A stretch of 64,000 nt of DNA from Mobula hypostoma. Its lineage: Eukaryota. The notes below the pieces were generated by a model. It ran no database searches. It was not told the DNA's origin and was given only the letters and a program-made list of their open reading frames with translations. The stretch is taken from positions 6,944,001 through 7,008,000 of the forward strand of contig NW_026948187.1 in the NCBI RefSeq assembly GCF_963921235.1, read 5' to 3'. The translations under genes and the position numbers were made by a program. Positions within the stretch are counted from its first letter, which is position 1. Each line of letters opens with the position of its first letter. Below are positions 23,944 to 36,233 of the stretch, piece after piece.

Positions 23944-24379
23944 ATATTTGCAATGCTTCGCGTTATTTATCTTTTCGAGTCTCGCCTTGTCCAGCTTCAT
24001 ACTCAGCTTCACCCTCAGGAAAGACATGCTGATACTGAAATTCACATTATAAAATATCCACCACTGAGGTGTGGACTTAGCCCCAGCAGCGATAATTAAT
24101 AAAAGTAACGTATCTGCGATTATAGGCACTGTTACTAAAATGCTCCCCATCGAATTATTTATAATTTGGTCCGTCTAAATCCATATATTTTTCTTATCCA
24201 GCCTCGGGGCCACAGGGAATGGAAGAAATGGAAACTATTGTTCCTTATTTACGACTAGAGATAACAACGGGGGTAGAGAAATTTGATAAATGACTTAACG
24301 GTTTCTTTGCGTATGTGCTTGCTGTGGAAGGCACTATCAGTATGCCAGAGTCCAGACAGGGTATGCGACCAGCAGTGAG

Positions 24380-25330
24380 TGACATTGTTATTACAAATGA
24401 AAAAGTGCTCGGGAACAGTAAGATCTTTCGGTGAAAATATTAACTAGCCCAGATGGACTACACCCAGAGGACTGAGAGAGGTTGCAGAAGATATAATGGA
24501 TATGCTGGTCATATTCTTTCAAGAATCACTTGATTCTGCCATGTTCCGCCAGACTGAAATTTATTAACGTTGCTACACTCTTTACGAAGGGACGAAGGCA
24601 AAAGAATGGGAATTTTAGGACAGTTAGTTGGAGTCTATTATTCATAATGAGATTGCGAGGTACTTGGAGAGTGATGATAAAATAAGTCAAAGTCAGCATG
24701 GCTTGTCTGAGTGGAAATCTGAACTATTTCGTTACGAAACTTACAAACAGGGCGGGCAGAGGAGACGCATTGGATTTTACTTGGATTTTCAGAAGCCATT
24801 TGATAAGGTGTCACCCATGAGGCTGCTTAACAAAATACAATCCTATGGTGTTACAGGAAAGATACTGGAATGGATAGAAGAATGGCTGAGAGGCAGGAGG
24901 CAGCGAGTGGGACAAAAGGGGCCTTTTCCGGTTGACGGCTACTGACGAGTGGTGGTCTTCAAGGGTATGAATTCGACAGGTGGCTTTTCTCATTGTTAAT
25001 CGATGGTTTCGATAATGGAGTTTATACTTTGTCGCACATTTTGCAGATGATGGGAAAATTAATGGAATGGTAGGTAGTGCTGAGGAAGCAATCCGATTGC
25101 AACAGGACGTGGGCAGATTGGAAGAAAGGTCAAGAATGGCAGACAGAAAACAACGTTGGGAAATAAACATACCGCACTTGCTTAAAATATACAATTGTGT
25201 GGACTATTATCTGAACAGGAAGCAGGTTCAAAGATCAGTGGTACAGGGAGACTTTGCAGTCCTCGTGCGAGAATCACATTAATTTGTGATTAAGTCTGTG
25301 GTGAAGAAGGCAAATGGAATGTTGGCATTT
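24380..25330 (+). mobile_element. Decayed CR1 RT fragment
   Basis: SQHG..YLDFQKPFDKV..FADDGKI translations. Confidence 0.8.
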
Positions 25331-25533
25331 ATTTCCTCCTCAGACGGCGGCAGCTAAATACATCACACTTCCAGGAATGGCAGGTGTGCAATAGTCCTAC
25401 CCCCCACCCCACACCCCATCCATATGTTATTAATTTTGGACGCATTCCTGAGATTTTACAGTTTATTTTATGGATATATTCTTTGTCATGCTGCAGAACG
25501 TTGAGCTGCTAAAGTGTGTTTCATTGCTCCACA

Positions 25534-25849
25534 NNNNNNNNNNNNNNNNNNNNNNNNNNNNNNNNNNNNNNNNNNNNNNNNNNNNNNNNNNNNNNNNNNN
25601 NNNNNNNNNNNNNNNNNNNNNNNNNNNNNNNNNNNNNNNNNNNNNNNNNNNNNNNNNNNNNNNNNNNNNNNNNNNNNNNNNNNNNNNNNNNNNNNNNNNN
25701 NNNNNNNNNNNNNNNNNNNNNNNNNNNNNNNNNNNNNNNNNNNNNNNNNNNNNNNNNNNNNNNNNNNNNNNNNNNNNNNNNNNNNNNNNNNNNNNNNNNN
25801 NNNNNNNNNNNNNNNNNNNNNNNNNNNNNNNNNNNNNNNNNNNNNNNNN
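25534..25849. other. Assembly gap (N run)
   Basis: Run of N. Confidence 1.
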
Positions 25850-27744
25850 ACAGAAGCAAGCAGATAATGAAGCGCCTTTGTAAGACACGAGTCGGGCCGT
25901 ACTTTGAATATTTTAAAATAATCTTGTTCCATATCCTAGAAAGGATGTGTTGTCATTGGACAATGTCCAGAGGAGGATTCGGGAATGAGAGGTTTATCGT
26001 GTGAGGGTCGTTTGGCGATTTTAGGGCTGAAAGCACTGAAATTTATACGAATGCAGGAGGATCTCGTTGAAGCCGACAGGATGTTGGAAGGACTGGATAG
26101 GGTGGATGTGGAGAGAATGTTTCCTATGTTGGGGGTATACAGCACTAGAGGATAAAACCTCAATAATGAGGCGCGACCCTTCAGAAAAGACTGCTGCGCA
26201 GTCCAAAACCCTGCCGATAGTTAGGGCGGAAACCGATCGCTCTCTGATCGTTCTGGCTATCAAAGAATATGGCGTGAAGGAAGGATTATGTGGTTGAGTG
26301 GGATCGATCTCAGATATGATAGAATGGCGGAGCAGGCTCGACATCCCAGTGGCCTATTTCTGCTCTTATGTGTCATGTTTTTATGGGCTATCTAAATATT
26401 TTATAGGCCTGTCCCTTTGTTACTGTTGTTTTACTTTTTCCTGACTCCTTTACATTCAGGACATACTGAAACCCTTCCGCAAATTACCTGCTGGCAGGAC
26501 TATTGACGAGAACAGTCTGCTAGACGGTAGTTTCCTGCCGCTGAGCCAGTGTATTCCTCTCACGATGGAACCCGCGGCCACGATTTACTTCAAGCACTGA
26601 TCTTCCCATTGTGCTGTGTTCTTTCCCGGTGTTACATCAATGCTCACTCCATCAACAGGGTCAACGGAGAGTTCCGAACTCTCCAGTTTTCTGTCAGTCG
26701 GGTAAATCAACATATGGTCATTTCAAAGTAAAACTCGTTTTATTATCAAACTATGATACGTCGTCAAATACTACGCTGAGGTTAATTTTTACTGGCATGC
26801 AGAGTACAACAGAGAAATGCAACTGAAGCGTTGAAGAAATATTGAATATCTGAGGGAATGCAAATAACCAACGTGCAATAGATGACAAACTGAGCAATGA
26901 AGACATAAATAAATTAATGAATAAAGAATGAATGAATAGATAGATACGAAGAAGGTTGATGAATAAATAAGTAAATTAGCACCGAGAAATTTGCAGATCT
27001 CTTGAAAGTGAGTCCTTAGCATGTCTGTCTCATCTTCCTTTCAAGGCCACTAATCCTTGACCTCTGCCACCACACAAGGAAGTGAATCGCATGCACTCTC
27101 TGTTTAAGGGTCTTGCCCGTTAATGCTTATTTGAAATTACTACCTGCAAGTACCCCGTCACTTTGTGCAGGGTCCTGAATCCGAGAGTTCCTTTAATTCC
27201 CAGAAGGCACCGCGATGAAAATTGTTGCTTCGGAAGAACAAACGGCGATTGAATGAGTGGTTTTTCCAGTGCGTGGTAATGATTTTTTTTTTCGAGCTGG
27301 CAGACATATCTTCAAGGATTAAAGATCCGAGCGGAGATCTCGGTCAGTTCTTGGTAACTTACCTGCCTGAAACAAGAAATCGCAGGGACTCTTTGAACCA
27401 AAGGGCCCTTTCTTTCGTCGGAGGAAAGAGATGGAGCTATACTGGGGTCATTAGAGCCTCATTAAGGCTGCATGAGACCCGCAGGGACAACGTCGTATTG
27501 CGATTGTGATGTCCAAGAATGGCAGAATCACCCACTTGGTGGAACTCAGAGAGGCATTATAGGGAACTGGTGAAGATGGTAAACTGGAAGGAGCTCTGTG
27601 GAAATCAGATTGCGGACACCTCCCCTGTCGTTTTAGTGCATCAAGGTGTGACGGGCAAAAGATAGCCACAGCCGTTCAGACTCCCTGTGGAAGAGGACAT
27701 GCCAGTAAAGAAATGGTATATTTTGGGCAGGTATTCGAGAAAGG

Positions 27745-28670
27745 TCACTGAGGATTAATGCGGTCCAGACAACGCCGAGTGCACTTTGCCATGAGACAAA
27801 AGGGCGATTTCACCGTCTCCTTCAGCTGCACCCTGAACCTGGCCTGGACCACGGCGTAAAGGGCCGTGTTGGAGCAGCAGCTGAGGAGCTGCAGCATGTA
27901 GCCTAGTTCCCGCAGAGAATCCGGGGGAATCGAGTAAAAATAAAGATGGAAGCTCTCCCATACGGAACACACCGTCAACAGCGCCCATAGCAGGATGAAA
28001 TTCCCCGACAGCACCAGCAGTAACTGGAGGGATTGCTTGCGGTTCTTCATCTCCGGGTCGGCGGGCGTCTCGCCATCGCCCGAACCACGGAGTCTCCTCC
28101 GGGCTCGGCTGGCCACTAGGACGTGCCTAATGGTTAAACTGTTCAACAGGAGAATCAGAACAAAGGGTAATATTGGGGTGAGGAGGAAATGAATCAGTAG
28201 AAATATTGCCAGCTGGAGTTCGGAAAATAAACGGTTAAAAGTCAAACACAACACGGTCGTAATTTTTGTCGAATAGAACCGATTGAGCATAAAGTACCAG
28301 AATATATTTTTTACGCAGCTCAGCACAGTCACTGTCCCCAGAACCAGAGCCGCCGATCTCCCGGTACAGTATTTTCGTTTCAGCTTCTGAAAACAAATGG
28401 CCAGAAATCGATCAAAGGTGAAAGTTACTGTGAACCAGACAGAACAGTCCGTGACGCCGTACAACACGACGGCGTGGATATTACACACGGGAACACGAGC
28501 TGACCAGTAGAAAACCTTTATTGGCATGTAAGTCATCGGAATCTTGTTCAATATCACATCGAAGAGAACGACGAGCTGATCCGCTGCTACCATGGCAACC
28601 AGGTACCTTGTGACGCCTTCGGAGAGACCGCACTTTCCCCGCGACAGGATGACGATTGTCACCACGTTCA
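27745..28670 (-). CDS. GPR139-like: GPR139/GPR142-like class A GPCR gene A, exon 2 (TM1 end to C-terminus); with exon 1 gives 368 aa
   Basis: Acceptor CACAG|TG. Frame VNVVTIVILSRGKCGLS..AMVAAD..SVWFTVTFTFDRFLAIC..NTALYAV; six hydrophobic helices; open to stop. Confidence 0.9.
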
Positions 28671-28839
28671 CTGTGCGGAGGGAAATAAAGACCATTGACA
28701 CACATTTGGATGGAAACATTCTCTGATAACAATTATTTTAATCCACAGCACTTCCGAGAGCAGAGATGAACATGGAATTAATGTATCTGCTGAGGAGATT
28801 ATCGGGAGCAGTTATTAAATCAGCGGTGATTATAATGTA

Positions 28840-29238
28840 GTCATGGTCATACTTTATTGATCCCGGGGGAAATTGCTTTTCGTTACAGTTGCACCATAAA
28901 TAATAAATAGTAATAAAACCATAAATAGTTAAATAGTAATATGTAATTTATGCCAGTAAATAATGAAATAAGTCTAGGACCAGCATATTGGCTCAGGGTG
29001 TGTGACCCTCGAAGGGAGAAGTTGTAAAGTTTGATGGCCACAGGCAGGAATGACTTCCTATGACGTTCTGTGCTGCATCTCGGTGGAATGAGTCTCTGGC
29101 TGAATGTACTCCTGTGCCCACCCAGTCCATTATGTAGTGGATGGAAGACATTGTCCAAGATGGCATGCAACTTAGACAGCATCCTGTTTTCAGACACCAC
29201 CGTGAGAGAGTCCAGTTCCATCCCCACAACATCACTGG
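28840..29238 (-). mobile_element. Rex1-type LINE 3' end in the gene A intron
   Basis: HPLH..STFSQRLIPPRCSTERHRKSFLPVAIKLYN; absent at the equivalent site of gene B. Confidence 0.8.
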
Positions 29239-31345
29239 CCTGCTGAAATTCAGCGGAATGAGGGGAATCTCATTGATTATGAGGCTATAAGGCTAGAACT
29301 TGCGGGTGTGAATTCCGATGATGTTTTTGCAGGGAAATGTACTATGGACATTGAATGGCTTAGATATCGTGGACGTGCAGAGGGTTGCTTCTGTCGTGGG
29401 GGAGTCGACAACCTGAAGACGAGGCTTCACAATAGAAAGACATCCCTTTAAAACGGAGATGGGCAGTAGCTTCTTCAGACCGAGACAGGTGAGTGTGTGG
29501 AATCCATCGCCGCAGAGGCTGTGGGAGGCAGGTCATTGGAACCATTGGTAGAGGGGAGAGATGGGCTTTTGATTCATCGGGTCGTCGATGGCTACGGGAT
29601 GGGCGCCAGAATCTGGTTGAGAGCGATAACGAATCAGTTACGATTGAATGGCGGAGAAGGCTCGGTGCTCGAATGACCGAATTTAGCTCCCGAGCCTTGT
29701 GGGCAAAGCAGTCATAGCAACCGATGGCTGGAATGTATTCTGAGCTTTGGCGCCAGAAGAACGAGTTGCAAAGGGAAGTGTTGAGAGAATAATGAACTAA
29801 TTTAGGTACCAAGTATCACCGTGACAGAAATTCAACTCCCCTCAACTGTCTACACAAGGGAAAACGAGAACATTAGAAACTAGTAATAGGAACAGGAACA
29901 GTCCGTCTGTTCGATCTGGCATGATCTGACAATGAAGATGATCACGGTTGATCTAACCATGGTCTCCTCGGCTCAGACCTACTTTTTCCTCATAGCCATT
30001 AATTCCTCTGCTATGCAAAAAACTATGGCAGCCAGTCTTAAATATATTTATTGAGGTTGCCTGCACTGCTTCATTGAGCAGAGAATTCCACAGATTCACC
30101 CCCCTCTGAGAGAAGAAGTTCCTTCCTAATCACAGTCCTAAATTTACTCCGCAGTATCCTCAGGGTATGTCCCGTAGTTCCAGTCTCACTTACCACTGGA
30201 GACAACTTTCCTGCCACTATCTTATCTATCCATTCCATAATTTTATATGTTTCTGGAATATTTCTCTCATTCTTCTGAGTTCCAGCTAGTACGATCCCAG
30301 TCGACTCGATTTCCATTCATAGTCCAACCACCTCATCTCTGGAATCAACTGGAGGTCCGCCTGCACAGTCAGTTTATCCATCTTCAAGTCGGGAGACTGG
30401 AACAGCACAGGACTCCAAATTCCGCCTCACCAGTACCTTGTGCAGTTGCCACATAACCTCCGTAAACATCGTATTTGTATTCTTAATAGCCTGCTGCACC
30501 TGCAAACTAACCTTCTGTGATTCAAGCACAAGCACTCCAAAGTCCCTCCGCAGAGCAGCATACCGCAATCGTTTAACACTTAATTAATAATCTTTCTTAC
30601 ATTTGCCTTTCCAAGATGATACAGTTACCAAACTTTCACTCCGTCGGACAGACGCTGGTACATTCGCTGAATATACTAATATCCTACTGCATGCCGTCAG
30701 TTTCTTCTGCATTCTTCGTGTCGGCGATAGATCACGGCAGTGTTGATGCCCACGTGACGTTTTGCTTGTTTAACTGGGGAGACGTTGGAGCTACTTATTC
30801 ATTCATTGAATTCCGTTCATACCATATACTTCCATCATATTTAATCTGCCAGAATGAATGGCCTCACACTTATCGGTGTTGAACTCCATCTGCCTCTTCT
30901 TACCGCAGTTTTGCATCCCTTCAACACTATCCAAAACACCCCAATTTTGGGTGATCAGCAAATTTACTGACCCATCGCTGCACTTCTTTCCCCAGGTCAT
31001 TTATAAAAATGACGAAGAGTACGGGTTCCAGAATAAATGTCTGAGGCATACCCCTGGTCAACACCCTCAATGCAGAATATGACCGTCTGCAACAACACTT
31101 TGCCTTCTGTGGGCAAGGCATTTCTGGATATACATAGCAATGTCGCTTTGGATCACATTCCTGATTACTTTCACCATAAGCATTGCATGGGTTACCTTAT
31201 CAAATACACTCAGTGGATCTTTGCTGAAACGTTACCGGTTGGAACCACCTGCCTTTCAATTGGCGAGTCGTAAGAAGACAGGGATGAAAGAGAAGCTGAC
31301 TTATATTTTTCGACGTTAATCATGAGGAACAGACGAGACACTTAC

Positions 31346-31526
31346 CAGGAAGAGCTGCAATGGCGAGTACAGGATAGTAAACCAGTCTGAATGTCATAAG
31401 CGCATAAAAGATACGTGAGTCCAACGTTAGCCTTGCATAATTTTCAACAAGATATGAATACGCCCAGAAATTATTCTGCTCAACTCCAGGAGCTTTCCGC
31501 GATATATTTCGCAGATTATGATCCAT
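31346..31526 (-). CDS. GPR139-like: GPCR gene A exon 1 (MDHNLRNISR..YYPVLAIAALP)
   Basis: ATG at 31526, 60 codons + G|GTAAG; the phase-1 join completes TM1 (YYPVLAIAALP-V-NVVTIVIL). Confidence 0.87.
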
Positions 31527-31668
31527 GGCTGGGACAGTCAGATTCCTGTTCCCGATCCAGCCTCTGTCTTCTCTCTGTCTGCAGCCGCTGGTCTCCGACA
31601 GCGTAGACTGGCGGCTCTCACTGAAACTGTCGTTGTGAGGTATACCGTACATATTAATAGACCAGGCA

Positions 31669-31709
31669 ACCAGCAGCCACACCTCCGCGGTGACGTCGAC
31701 AATCCCCAC
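31669..31709 (-). promoter_or_regulatory. Conserved 41-bp upstream block with CRE-like TGACGTC (gene A)
   Basis: Identical to 45366-45406, at a similar distance upstream of the gene B ATG. Confidence 0.55.
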
Positions 31710-32959
31710 GGAAACTCCCTTAATTAGGATCTATGGAATGATAGGTGCAGTTAACCCTTTATTTGCAGACAATAATTATTGCATAGATTGTTGTAACATA
31801 TTTTGGATGTTGTAGCAGAGTTTTGGTGGGGTGGGGGGAAGGAGCGCACTGAAGAATCACCTGACAGTGTTCAGTCAAAGTGTTCGGGTCTCAAGCACTT
31901 GATTTGCCTCTGTGCCTCAGAAGGGAAGTGGACGTTGTGCGGTGTCTCTCTGTGTGTGAGGTGAGGGGTGGATGGTGCGGCAGGGTGGAAGTCTGGGTGT
32001 TGTGATAGGATATTCGTCAGTGGTGCTGACAGCTGGTTCTGTCGGCGACAACGTAATGGATATCTCGGATTGAGTCCTCAGTATTCTTAACTGGGAGTGT
32101 GAAAAGCTGGAAATGGTGGCCCATTGAGCTACCAATAACAAGGGTACGACGAGTGACGAAGTTCTGCACTGCCAGTTCCAGGAGTTAAGAGCTAAGTTAA
32201 GAGTCAGGACCTCCAGGATTTACTGCCCATGCTACGTGCCTGTGAGGCGGAAACTAGGAAGATTATACAGATTAATAGGTTGCGAGAGATTCGCTTTTGT
32301 ATCTCATTCCTCTGGAAATGGATGCTAACATTGCATTTGGCTTCTTCGCATTTCTACAAATTTTCCTGCAGGGAGTTTTCCCAAAAGGCTCTGCACCTCT
32401 GCTTGTTTCAATATTCTCCCCATTGTTGAAATAGTCCAGGCCAATTCAGGGAGTGTACAGTTTATTGCATGGCGAAGGAGTTGCTTTTATATTCCAGTCC
32501 TCTGAAAATGAATTCGAGCATTGCATTTGTCTCCCTCGCTACTGACTCAATCTGCAGACTGTCTGGTAGCTCTGCAACTCTGCTTTTTGAATTCATATGA
32601 TATTCCCATTTACGAAATAGTTCACGCCTTTATTGCCTCTGCCAAAGAGCAAGTCTGGGCACTTCCCTACAAAATATTCCTTCATAATTCTTTGCCTCTT
32701 CTCCAGTCCGTCTAATTCTTTCTGTAAGCACCGTGCTTCCTCAACTCTACCTGTCTTTCCAGCTACCATCGCATGGGTCTGAAACCCTGTTACAAATCCA
32801 TAAAATCCTTCATCCAAATCATTGACGGACGACACGATAAGAAGGGGTCCCAACACGGATTGCTGCGGAACTCCACTGACTACCGCTGTCCAATCAGAAA
32901 ATGACCTACGCCGTAATGTTTATGGGCATCTCCAGAAGGCCACAATATTGAACACCAAC

Positions 32960-33990
32960 AAGATAGTCTGAACGTTCCCGGCAAATGAGAAATGAGCGTG
33001 CTTGGCTATGTCCGGACATCAGGTTTCACCAGCTGCTGAGAAACTGAAAAGACAGAACGACTTACTATAAATACAAGAGTCAGATGGCAACGAACTATAT
33101 AACTACCGAGCAGTAATTATAGGTGGGCCAATCCATAATAACCGTCCGGATATAGTAACACAGGATAGACAAAGAACAACAGCTTATTCAATGGATAAAG
33201 CCGTTGCATTCACACTAAACATACATAAATCAATGCTTGAAAGACACAGCAATCTGCTGAATTCACCCTTACATACTGTTCATATTCTGTACCTTCACAG
33301 TATGGTCCGAGTCAAGATTGACCCGGCCGAAAAATCCCCTCATAACCAGTTCCTGTACCAACCTTTGAAACATAGATCTTTTTTACAATGTACAGATACA
33401 CGATTGGACATGAATAAATGGGTGATTAATCCTTAATTAATGTTTTAGGGGGCAAGCAGAGTGTAGTTTACAGAAAAAAAATCGTTTATGTAGACAAAGC
33501 ATCTACTATCACAACATCTTGTTCTATTTTACCTAAGACATGAAAGCATAATAGCCATTGTGATTTAAATATATTTGTTGAAACTGAAAATGGAAAGAAC
33601 ATTCTGGAACTTTGGGGTTTATTATACAGCTATTTATAGCCATTACTACCATCAAACTCTGTTCTCACTGCTATATCATAAAATATCCTCATAACGGATA
33701 TGTAATTATAATTATAATTGTATTATGTAATTATTAATTCAACAATATTCAGCACAACCAGCAACCGAGAAATGTATGCGCTGTCCATGTCCGTACCAGC
33801 TGCTGAGAAACAGAAAAGACACAACGATTTAATATCAATACAAGGGTTAGATTTCTACAAATTACATGCCAATTGGTCAGTTACTACAGATGTGAAAATC
33901 CTTAATAACTGTCGGGATAAAATAACACAGGGTAGACAAAGAACAACAATTTATTTAATAGATACAGTCATTCGGAACATATTAAATGTT
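32960..33990 (+). mobile_element. Two decayed fragments of an R4/Dong-type (RLE) non-LTR retrotransposon
   Basis: IHNNRPDIVTQDRQRTT..(L)ID motif of the PD-(D/E)xK endonuclease at ~33135-33200, repeated at ~33890-33980. Confidence 0.6.
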
Positions 33991-33999
33991 CCGCACGAG

Positions 34000-35700
34000 G
34001 ACTCCCAATTTTCTTTGCACCGCAGTCAGGTCTCCCCGATTAGCAAATCGTCTGCACATTTAATTCTACTACCAACGTGCATGACCATGCATTATCCAAC
34101 ATTGTATTTCACTTTACAATTTCGTGCCAATTCTACTAACCTGTCTAAGGTACTCTGCAAACGACGTCTTTCCTCAACAGTACCTGCCCCTACACCAATA
34201 TTCGTACCGTCTCCAAAATTCGCAGAAAAAAAAGCGGTTCCATCATCTATATCATTGAGATAGAGCACATAAAGGTGGTCCCTGCACCAACACCTGTGGA
34301 ACACCGTTTGTCACTGTCAACCAACCAGCAACGGATCATTTTATTCCCACTCGCTGCCTCCGACCATTCACCCAATGCTCCTCGTATTTCTTGCAACAAT
34401 AAGGACTCTTAATTTGTTAAGCAGCATCATGCGAGGCACCTTGTCAAAGTTCTTTTGCGAGTCCAAACACACAACGTCTGCTGCACCCCCCTTATCGATC
34501 TACATGGATCCTCCTCAACGAAATCCAGCAGGTCAGTCAGGATTTTATCACAATTTCTGAAATATGTATGTCCCTTCGGCCTGATGATATCTGAGTAGGA
34601 TACCGAGCGAGACAGCAGAGGGACGGGCTGACTTTGTCCTCTCTTGTCCTCATCGTTAACAATTGAATCCAATATCTTCCCAACCACTAAGGTCAGGCTA
34701 TCTGATATATAATTCCCGTTCTGCTACCTTCCTCCTTTCCTAAAGAATCTCCTGGCAGTTGCAATCTTTCAGTACTCTGAGTGTGCCAGAGTCCAATGGT
34801 TTGCAGAAAGATCATTAAAAATGCCCCAGCATCTCCATCGCTCATTCTTTTTCCAACCCAAAGGTGTAGTTGATCTGGCCCGGGTGACTTATGTACCCTG
34901 AGGTCTTTCAGGTGATTGAGCACCTCTCTATTGTAACAGTAAGTGAAGCCACCTCTCTTCCTTCACACACGACAACATCAGGCAAACTGCTGGCGTCTTC
35001 CACAGTGAAGACTGATGTTACATACTCATATAGTTCATCTGCCGTCTAATTGTTCCCCGTTGTTTTTTCTCTTGCCTCATTTTCTTGCGGTCCTATATCC
35101 CCTTTCATTCCTCATTTAATTTTATATACTTGAAAATGCTGTGACTATCCACTTAGAATTTTTTTGTCATCTTGCTTCGAATTTCATCTTTTCCTTCCAA
35201 TGAATCGTTCAGTTGCTCTCCGTATGTTTAATCTTCATCTTTGCGCTGTTCTATGCTCTCTCCTTAGTGTAAGGGGGTTTCGTCTTTTATGTTACTGCGG
35301 AGGCTACATTTCCTTTGGCGTTCGGTTTGACTTCCCTTGTCAGCCACGATTGTACAATTTTGCTTTTTGCCTCTTTCTTTGTTTTCACAATAGACCTATT
35401 CTGCACCTTTCCCGGTTTTACCAGAAACTCAAGCCATTTCTGCACTGCAAACAACGCTGAAAGCATCTCCTTTAAAATCCTTCGGCCGAGATTTTCACAT
35501 ACCACTGTAATCTCGTTTACTGCACTGAAATACTACTGCGTCAGACTTTAAATTCTTCCTGTCGCATGTTAAGCTGAAGTCAATCATAGTGTGATCACTG
35601 CCTTTGAGTTCAATGCTGTGAGAGGCAAAGATAGAGAAATGGGGAGTATCTGTACCCCAGTGTTCAAATATCAAAGAGCAGAGGCTATGCATCGAAAATG
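34000..35700 (-). mobile_element. Old CR1 ORF2 fragment
   Basis: KSPGPDQLH, VVGKILDSI, YLNDIDDG..FGDGT translations. Confidence 0.75.
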
Positions 35701-35976
35701 AGAGGAAGTAGTTTCAAGCGGGGTATGTGGAATAGTTGTTTATTTTTTACTCTGAGACCGTGGATGCCTGGAACGCGCTGTCTGGTATGGACGTGGAGGC
35801 AAGTACATCAGATGATTTTAAGAGATGTCTGGATAGTGCTAAGAATGTAAGACGGTGGAGGATATTGAGATTGCCGAGGTAGGACTGATGAGTGCTTGGG
35901 TATTTTTCATTTAATTTATAGCTGGTTCCGAACCTCTATGTTCCAAGTAATTGACAAATGACCCCCTCAGCGGACA

Positions 35977-36233
35977 NNNNNNNNNNNNNNNNNNNNNNNN
36001 NNNNNNNNNNNNNNNNNNNNNNNNNNNNNNNNNNNNNNNNNNNNNNNNNNNNNNNNNNNNNNNNNNNNNNNNNNNNNNNNNNNNNNNNNNNNNNNNNNNN
36101 NNNNNNNNNNNNNNNNNNNNNNNNNNNNNNNNNNNNNNNNNNNNNNNNNNNNNNNNNNNNNNNNNNNNNNNNNNNNNNNNNNNNNNNNNNNNNNNNNNNN
36201 NNNNNNNNNNNNNNNNNNNNNNNNNNNNNNNNN
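35977..36233. other. Assembly gap (N run)
   Basis: Run of N. Confidence 1.

Noticed and set aside
28669-28675. Perfect CACAGTG heptamers at the GPCR exon 2 acceptors (also ~42436-42442 and 48941-48947)
   Set aside because: They arise from CACAG|TG splice sites; no nonamer at either spacing.
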